A model generated the notes under the pieces. That model was not told the DNA's origin. It saw only the letters and a list, made by a program, of their open reading frames with translations, and searched no databases. DNA of 64,000 nucleotides from Flectonema sp. DT1601 (Eukaryota), in the NCBI GenBank assembly GCA_964019425.1, contig OZ025801.1, forward strand, positions 124,001 to 188,000, read 5' to 3'. Below are positions 55,801 through 64,000 of this stretch, one piece after another (the first letter of the stretch is position 1; every line of letters starts with the position of its first letter). The translations under genes and the position numbers were made by a program.

Positions 55801-56312
55801 AGTAGTTCATTGCGTAGTCTGTCAGTTCTAGATCGGGGTAAATGGGAATGGCCTGCAGATATGCGAAGTTCCGTTTGATACAAGACCTTGCTCAGAGAGT
55901 TTACATGATTTGTTTCTTGTTGACAGTTAGGGACATGGGTCAATGCAGTTCAAGGGGAACGGGAAATCTTACAGAACCAAAAGAAAGGAAGCTTTTGTGG
56001 ATGCGTGTCATTGTTTGGGAACCAAGTGAGCTTGAAATTCTTGGTTCAGCTTAGCCTGCTGGGGAAGATCAGCACATTAATGTTCTTGAGGCAGACACTC
56101 AAAAGGGATTAAGCAGGCTGATCATCTCACAATTTAGGTTGTCAATACTACCGTCTGTGGTGCTTTTGGAAAAATAGATGTGTTCTCACTTTCTTAATAA
56201 GGCGTACCGTTAGAAAATGAAAAAAAAAAAATTCTGTTTTTCTGATAATTATTTTATTATTGTCATGTTCTCAATTATATTTATTACTTTTTTAGAAAGT
56301 GCAATACACAGC

Positions 56313-56933
56313 ATGATGGATAGGGAACCACGTGATGGTTACGAACTCATTCACTGGATGGGTGACGGTGGCACCAAAGGAATGTGGGTCGGAACTGGAC
56401 TACGAGAAGGTAAATCCGGATCACATGTAGCAAGAACTGTCGCTCGAAGGAAAAGTAAAATAAAGAATTGGAGAAATATCCTAAAGAGAGAAACTGATCC
56501 AAAAAAGAATGGTTGTGTAAAACCGATTGATGCGATGGATAAGCCTTGTGCAAGTTTTCATACAACAACTGTGTCACCACAGGGAATCACACTGACCTGT
56601 TATATAACTGGACACAGTCTTCCAGTTGGTGAAATACAAAGGTGTTATAAACTACGAGAAGACTTAATGAGGAAATGTTTAGTTGAAGTTGGTGTTGACG
56701 ATGATATTATTGAGTTTCAACAGCCAAACTCAAAACCTCCGAACATCTCACTGGATGATCTTCAGGGTGTTTATGGAGATGAGAATTCTCAGGCTATTCA
56801 AATATATAATGATGAGGCACAACACTGTTATAAATTAACCATGCAAGCTGTAGTTAATTGGGCGTCAGAAAATATAAGAGACGGTTCGGCAAAGGTTAAC
56901 AAGGCTGTCCTTGATGCTATACCTGAGTATGCG

Positions 56934-56966
<33 letters not shown>

Positions 56967-57928
56967 CTCCCCGACGTAAAACCATTCAGATAAAAATTGT
57001 TATTTCATATGATCATGATTCCCCTGTGCTCTATCGTACATTAAAAAAAAAAAAAAAATAAAAATAAACTAAATAGAATACGACACGCATCGTCGAAAAT
57101 GGCACAAGAACCACCTCTCGTAATAATCGAGTTTCCAGAAACTTTTGAGGTATGTCTTGAAGAATTGCATCACTTCTTAAACAAAATGAAGATAGACACA
57201 AACATAAAACAGGCACGTAAAGAATTGTTTACGAGAATAGGTGTCAATAAGAAAGGAGAAGTTGAAGTAGAGAAATGTCAAGACGTATGTTTCATATTTT
57301 ATTGTAAAAAAAAAAAAAACTGACGCCAGCGGTGTCATTGTTTTTTGACCACCCACAAGATGCACGAGAGAATGCAACCCAGCATTTTAAAACAACAAAA
57401 AACAATAAATAAATAACCAAACAGGCTGTAAGTGACGTTGACACTGAATTTGATCATAACAGTGCAGTTCTTAGAGCCTTTAAACTAGCTGATCGTTCTA
57501 AGACTGGTTCACTTTCATTAAATGAGGACCAACAAGAATGTGAATTTTCACATTATCTTAAATATTTAGAAAAGTATACCACCATGCTTCAAAGAGTAGG
57601 TGAGAGGTTTAAAGGGAGAACCTTCGAAAGCAGTGAATGGGAGAGGTTGGCTCCTGAAGTAATTTCAGATGATAAGGTTCCACATAGTCAGATTACTGAA
57701 ATGTTTAACGACCTTGACTCTGATAAAACTGGTCTTGTTGAAGTTCACGAAATAATAATGTTCGCAGCAAAGGTAACTGGTGACATTGACCTTTCAACAC
57801 AGGAACCCAAATGGGTATCACCTGCAAGATCTGCTTCATGGCGTGAAGCTGTTGCTGATTGGACTACAACTGCAGTCGCTCCACCAAAACCCGCGCAAGA
57901 AACAACACCACTTCCTGAACTGACTTAG
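56313..57928 (+). CDS. EF-hand (calflagin-like) protein with unrecognised N-terminal domain, exons 56313-56926, 57077-57284, 57425-57928
   Basis: RKELFTRIGVNKKGEV, RAFKLADRSKTGSLS and FNDLDSDKTGLVEVHE. The GTATG..AG introns preserve the frame. Confidence 0.78.
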
Positions 57929-59311
57929 GATACTTTTTATAACGCTTCTAATTCTTATTATTAGCTTCCTGTAAAGATGTTCTTAAAGGGGAGACTATGA
58001 AGTACTCGACTTGACCACGTGGCCAGCATCTGTACCAACTAATGATTATCTGAGGGTTGGTTTCTTCACTGCGCTGATGATTGCTTTTATCTTTTTTTTT
58101 TTTTTTTTTACTTTTCCCCCCACTCCCCTCTTCCCTATTTTTTTAGTTTTGACCAGTTTCAAGTTTCTTTATATTTTAAGTGGTCTTGACACGAAGTTAC
58201 ACGAAGCGGTCGGCACGAGTAAAGGTTTTCTTCATATTCGTTGGCCGATGAACTTTATCAAACAATTTCAGTTGTTCGTTTTCTTTTCCCTTTTTTAAGA
58301 AATTTAATTAACGGAAGAACGTAATTGAACCTTCCAGCCGAAGCTAAACACGATCTCCGTGATTGGGTCAGTCATCAGTTCTGGACTTGCTAACTAATTT
58401 TATTTATTTTTGATAGCCCCGCTAATATAACTCAATAAGAGCTCAGGTTTTTGTGATTACGAAACTGGGTACCTGTAAGCCTGGTGTAACCCCCTTTTTT
58501 TCCCCTCCTTTTTTTTTTTTTAAAATGCAACACGTTATATGTAATCTTCGTTATTTCTTATTCTCCTTTCACACACACCCCCCCAAAAAAAAAAAAAAAA
58601 AAAAAGAAAAATGGAAAAAGATGAACAGGTTGTCCTTTTTCCCAACACGCTGTTTTTTTGTCTTTTTTTCTGTTTAACTTTTGGGTATCTTTTTGTATAA
58701 TACAGCCGACACTGTATGCTGCTTGTTGAAGATTCCTGTTTCTAGTCTGTTTTTAGCACCTGTAGTTCCCCCTTTACCCTGTTGCTTGTTGTGTTGCCAG
58801 CATTGCAGCAATTCATGTAAAAGATTCCGTCGGGCATCTTTTTTTTTTTTTTTTTGTTTTTTGTAATTTCCCTCGTTCCTCAAAACAAAACCCTCCCCAG
58901 AAGTGCCGTATCAAAAATCTACTACGAAAAAAAAAAAAAAAAAAATTAAAAAAATAAAAATAACGGGCTTGTCACGACCCAGCTCGAGTAGGCGAGTAAT
59001 GTAGCAGCATTCCCTCCTTCAGAGCATTGTATTCATGAGTTGTGAGTTTTATGGGGTCAGTTTTTTGTGAATAATCTTTTTGTTTACCTCCCTTACAGAA
59101 CAGTGAACAATAACATTGAAAAAGAGATGTGTTTGTAACTATAATTATTATAATGAAAAGTTCTTTTTTTTTTACAAAGTTTGAATAACTGAATGTCGAC
59201 AACCTAATATATTGACGACTCAGAAATTCAAAATTTTGACGGATTCCTTGAAGTTGACAAATTGTATTATTTTCCCCCCTTTTATTTTTCAGGTCCGTTT
59301 TTTTAAAAAAG

Positions 59312-62300
59312 ATGAATTTTACACATGTTATTTTATTATCAATACTCACGGTAGTTGTTGGGATAAGAAACTCTCCAGAGTTAGAAGAAGCTCCAAGACT
59401 ACGATGGATTCTTTTAGAAGTATCACCAGAAGGAGTAAAGGTCAACAGACATCGACTTGTTGATGATGGAGTTCAGTGTACTAAGAGTTTAAATATCCCA
59501 AAGAAGTCGACAATGTTCAGTGTTTATCATAATAATGTAAAAGGACTCCCGAAAGCCGTGTTGGGAGATGACGTCGAAGGAATCCATTTTGACGATCCGA
59601 GAAGATTTCACCACGAACACTTTGATCACCATTCGAATGATATTAATGGTTCGATTATCCATCACGAGGTTGGTTATGTCTCTCTTCGTGTGCATGCTGA
59701 TGTTGATACGATTCATATTTTCGAGCATAATCACAAGTCATGGTCGGTCTTCGGACCACGAAAATCAAAAACCCACACTTTCAGTCGCCAAGTTCAAACC
59801 CTTCAGTCTGCAACTTTCGATTCTAAACCAGAACTAATTACTATTCAGAAAGTAGCACCAGTTGAGGAAACTTATAATATTGTTTTCTTATCTGGGGGTT
59901 ATTCAAAAAGTAAAAAAAGTGTATTTATGGAAGATGTGGCAAAGTCAGTTAGATTCCTGAAGGGAACCGTAACAGCTGAGGGAAGTATTAAAGCAAGTGG
60001 CCTACCTTTGAGTGCCCAGCCTTGGAATAGGTATTTTTCATTTATGAATATTTTTGCTATTTGGGATTATTCTCCACAAGATGGAGCAGAACACCCTGAT
60101 GTGAATGGTAAGATTGCTGAACCAAAACCGCAACGACTAAGATGTTCATACGGTACTACTATAAAGAGAATGCTCTCGTGCGATTTTGCTGAGGTCAGGT
60201 CCTTGGCATCGTACGCTCCAGCAGCGAATCTTATTCTTGTTCTCGTCAATGATGACGAGTACGGCGGGGCAGGTGGGTCTGGTCAGGCAGCTCTCTACAC
60301 CGGAAAGAATTTCGAAAAAGTTTTAATACACGAAATCGGTCACGCTGCTGCTCAACTCTCTGACGAGTACGATTACGGCTTTAATGAAGACGAGGACCTG
60401 GATCTGACCAACTGCGCTAAAAACTATGGCAGTCCTCCGTGGACGGCATGGAAGAATAAATGGGATGCAGCAGAGCCAGGCGTATCTCATCAACCTGTTC
60501 AAATCTGTGGATATTCTAATTATTATAGACCAACTTCTGGTGATAAAAATGAACCAACTTGCTTAATGAAATCATCAGGAAGACCAAGACTTTGTGATGT
60601 TTGTCGTGAAGGAATGCTTAACAATGGAATCTTTAGCGGTAATTTAAGTCTGGCTTCTCCCAGATGTCCAGTTGCGTGGGAGATTCTTGTTGTCGGTGAA
60701 CAAGCAACCGGTTACCTTCACATCAATCCTGCACTCCTTGATACTTATATGTTCGATCCTAGTAAAAACTTAAAAGATTTATGGGGACCTCAATTCGATG
60801 TTCAGTGGTATTGTCAACGTGCCCCGGGCAATGTTGGAGCTCCGTGTGGAAAAATCACTGATGGCAGAACAACCTTATCAATAGGTAAAGGTGGTATGTG
60901 GCCAGGTAACGGAACAGTAACTGGTGACTATGAAGTTGAAGCTCGTATCAGAGATACAGTTGTGGATTCTCCTTATCAGTGGACGTCCAAACCGCAAAGT
61001 ACTTCAGTTCGTTTTCGGTTTAGAATAACTTCCAACATCGCTAATGAAAAATGTACCAACTGGGACTGCAATACCCGATATGAAAAAAGTGGTCAATTGT
61101 GTTACTCTATTGCTGATGCTGATGATTCAAAGTTTGAAGAGAAATGTTTAGCAAAGAACTGTTATTTTATTAAACGAAAGACTGATACTGATCAAAGTAA
61201 ATGTGTCCCTTTCTTCAATGCCGATCAGAATCCGAGTCTAGACGCAAGCTCCATCTGCACTATCTGTGACAATAACAATACCGACCGATGCAATATAACT
61301 TATACATCAACTGCACAATCAGCTGAAAAATTCGTACCTGAAGGAAAAGACGGACAAAAACCACCGGTCAACTTTGATGATGTTAAAAAGGCATTAGGAG
61401 GAGGTAGCTACGCGATATTCTTCGCAGCAGCAGGTATCGGTATGGCGATGCTTATTGCTCTTTATAAAACATGTGCTCAGACGTTTGGTAATGATAAGAA
61501 CGCTCATCGCTATACAAAGTGTAATCAATTCGTTAGACAATTAATCCTCCTGTTGTTTTTAATATTAGTTTGGGCATCAGTCGCTTTCGTTGGATTCGCA
61601 GTGTACATGTTAATACAACTCGAGATGAAAATCTTATCATCGATTGTTGTCATTGTTATGATCGTGGTTGGTGTTCTTATTTTCATGATGGCGTTTTTCG
61701 CATTTTCAGCAGCAGCAAAACGTGGTAAATGCATCCTTGGTGTTTCAGGGGTTATGTTATTATTAGTCAGCGCTACTATGGTAGTATTAACAATTATTGT
61801 ACAACAATTAGCAAGTCACGCAAGTGATCCTGTCGTAAACAGTGGTAGTACTAGTTGGGAAGCAATCGACTTAGGTGATGACTTGCCTAACTTAAATTGG
61901 ATGGAAAAATTACGCGACCTTTGGCAGAAAGCTACTAAATCACAACCTAAAATAGTTTGTCAATTCCAAGAGGAATTAAGGTGTTCTGGATTTCAAAAAT
62001 CTTGTTTTAATGTTCAAAATAGTTTTTGTCCAGTCGACTGTATTGTAGGTAATAGATACGTCAACCCTTGTATGTCTGCTCTTCAGAAAAAGCTCGAAGA
62101 CAATTTCGACATCGCTTCTCTGATCTCTATCATCGTCACCTCCATTATATGCACTGGAATGGTCTTAACTTGGATATTGTTTGGAACGTTGTTTTGTTGT
62201 GCTCATCCAAAGCCTGATAATTACCAGTATGTTTTTATATGTTGTTTTCCTATGATGTGATGAAGTCATTTTGTGAGGAACAATTTACGAATTCTTTTAG

Positions 62301-62344
62301 CTCAAAATTCATGAGAATTATTTTCCCTTTTTTACAGTGTGTAG

Positions 62345-62376
<32 letters not shown>

Positions 62377-62656
62377 CAGGCGACACGAAGAAGAGATGCC
62401 AAGCTTTTCGAAACCATACCGCCAGCCTGTTCAACAGCCTGGTGGTGGCTATCCTCCAGCGGGTGGTGGTGGCTATCCACAGGGTGGTGGTGGTGGTGGC
62501 TATCCTCCAGCAGGTGGTGGTGGGTTTCCAGCAGGTGGTGGTGGCGGCGGTGGGTATCCTCCAGCAGGTGGTGGTGGTAGCTATCCTCCAGCTGGTGGAG
62601 GAGGACAGTACCATCAGCCAACTGCTGGAGGAATGTCGACAAGTGGAATAATCTAA
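59312..62656 (+). CDS. M64 (IgA peptidase-like) metalloprotease fused to a tetraspanin-like domain and GYPP/Gly-rich tail; exons 59312-62226, 62380-62656
   Basis: Signal peptide, NIVFLSGGY, YGGAG, HEIGHAAAQLSDEY and C..CxM..CDVC. Then one TM plus four TMs with a 6-Cys loop (FQEELRCSGF..PC). The intron splices in frame into ORF 62396. Confidence 0.88.
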
Positions 62657-63944
62657 AGAAATATCTGCGAGAGATGGTAAATTATTTATTTTATTTTATT
62701 TTTTTGTTCTCAAAATCTATTGTTTCACCCAACCCACGATAAGTGAATTACATAAAGCGAATCTTTTCTTTTTTAATTTTTTTTTTAAACTTTTTTTTTT
62801 TTTTTTTTTTTTGCAGAATACTGCTGAAAAACGATTACCAAAAAAATACAAAATAATATATCCCATTTAATGTTCTGTTACTGAACAGAACAACAGTCCA
62901 ATTAATTATGTGACTGTTGCGTGTTTAGAAGAAGAGAGTAAGTACCTTCATACATATATTGCTGCTATTATTCCTTAACTGGAAAATTGCCTTTGTGATG
63001 GTTAGTGATGTCGTATTTATTAATTGAGGTCCAGTTCAATGCCCTCTCATGCACTTTTTTTTTCCCCCGATCTCGGATGTGTCGCTTAGTTGTAGTATCT
63101 TATTTTTTTTTTTTTTTTATTTTCTTTCAACCAAGTTGTTAATCAGTCTTGGGACGTTGTCGTCGTTCTAATGAATCTATTTTTGTGGTTTTCCCGCTTT
63201 AATCTAACACCGCAATGAACGTCTGGCTGCCATAAGCCAGTTATCTCTGTGGTGGTCTTTCTGTCATGAGCGAGACTAAGTTTACTTAGACTCAAGTGTG
63301 AGGGATGCCCCAGCCAAAGTCCCCACCTGAACTGAAGCCGTTTTGGTGGATTTTGGCTGATAAAGATAGAAACATAAAAGAGAACAAATAATTTCCTCTT
63401 TTTTCCCCTTCCATTCTTTTTTTTCTGTGTGTATTGTTGGGCAAGAATAAATAACTTTTTGCGAAAGCTAATATTTCGCATCCGACGGAAAAAAAAAAAA
63501 AAAAAAAAAAACTGATTCGAATTTTGTTGTGTGTGATTTATTTATATATTTTTTTTATATTTTTTATTACTACTATTTTGGTACTATTAGAATGAAATAA
63601 TTTCCCTTCTGAACATTTGTTAGTTTATTTATGTTAAGGTTTTTTTTTTTTTTTTTTTTTAAATTTTAAATTTTTAAGATCGATGAAGAAAAACCTTTTC
63701 GGATTGAAAGCCGATATTTTATTATGGTCGTGATTTGTTTTTTTTCCCCTTTTTTTGTCAGACTGGCCGATCTTTGTCTGCGTTAAATGTCAGTAATCTG
63801 AATGGTTTTCATAAAACTGAAACTAAAAGTTGTTAAGTCTAACAAAGAACACATAAACAAGATGAGAAGTAGAATACTTTTGTAGCACAATAATATCGGT
63901 CTATATATTTTTTTCTTTTTTCAATTTCGGCCGTTTTTTTTTAG

Positions 63945-64000
63945 AGAGGAAACTCTGGTGGAGGTCCGTGCCGTGTTTGATATGCAAATAGCTCATCAAA
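63945..64000 (+). rRNA. Degenerate LSU (28S) rRNA fragment running off the window end
   Basis: AGAGGAAACTCTGGTGGAGGTCCGT...TGA.(A/G)TGCAAAT matches the conserved LSU GAGGAAACTCTGGTGGAGG..CGT..CG....TGACGTGCAAATCG. Confidence 0.75.

Overview
Eukaryotic nuclear DNA, most likely from a euglenozoan (diplonemid-like; inferred from GT(ATGT)..AG introns with A-rich 3' ends, euglenozoan-type rRNA signatures, and Pro/Thr-stalk and LRR gene families). The first ~28 kb is a nested pile of mobile elements. It holds a decayed ORF (Pro-rich repeats, USP-type protease, two RNase H1 N-terminal domains) that is split by a non-coding insert and a TA-flanked MITE. It also holds three non-coding repeat families with unrelated bodies that all end in the same covarying CAAAA-loop hairpin and occur as partial tandems or inversions with no visible target-site duplication. 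An intact Mutator/MULE transposon and two non-autonomous MULEs (one carrying a 28S rRNA piece) are inserted in this pile. The remaining ~36 kb is a run of + strand genes: a bacterial-type Ada/MGMT, a poly-Q protein, two CCCH paralogues, a VAP/MSP protein, an OST4 micro-protein, a HAD hydrolase, a kinesin-3/FHA/Roc-COR fusion, a Pro/Thr-stalk multi-TM protein, a frameshifted LRR gene, an EF-hand protein and an M64 peptidase-tetraspanin fusion. Dispersed 18S and 28S fragments also occur. The best novelty candidate is the shared terminal hairpin system; the two domain fusions come next. All calls were made by eye, with no database searches.
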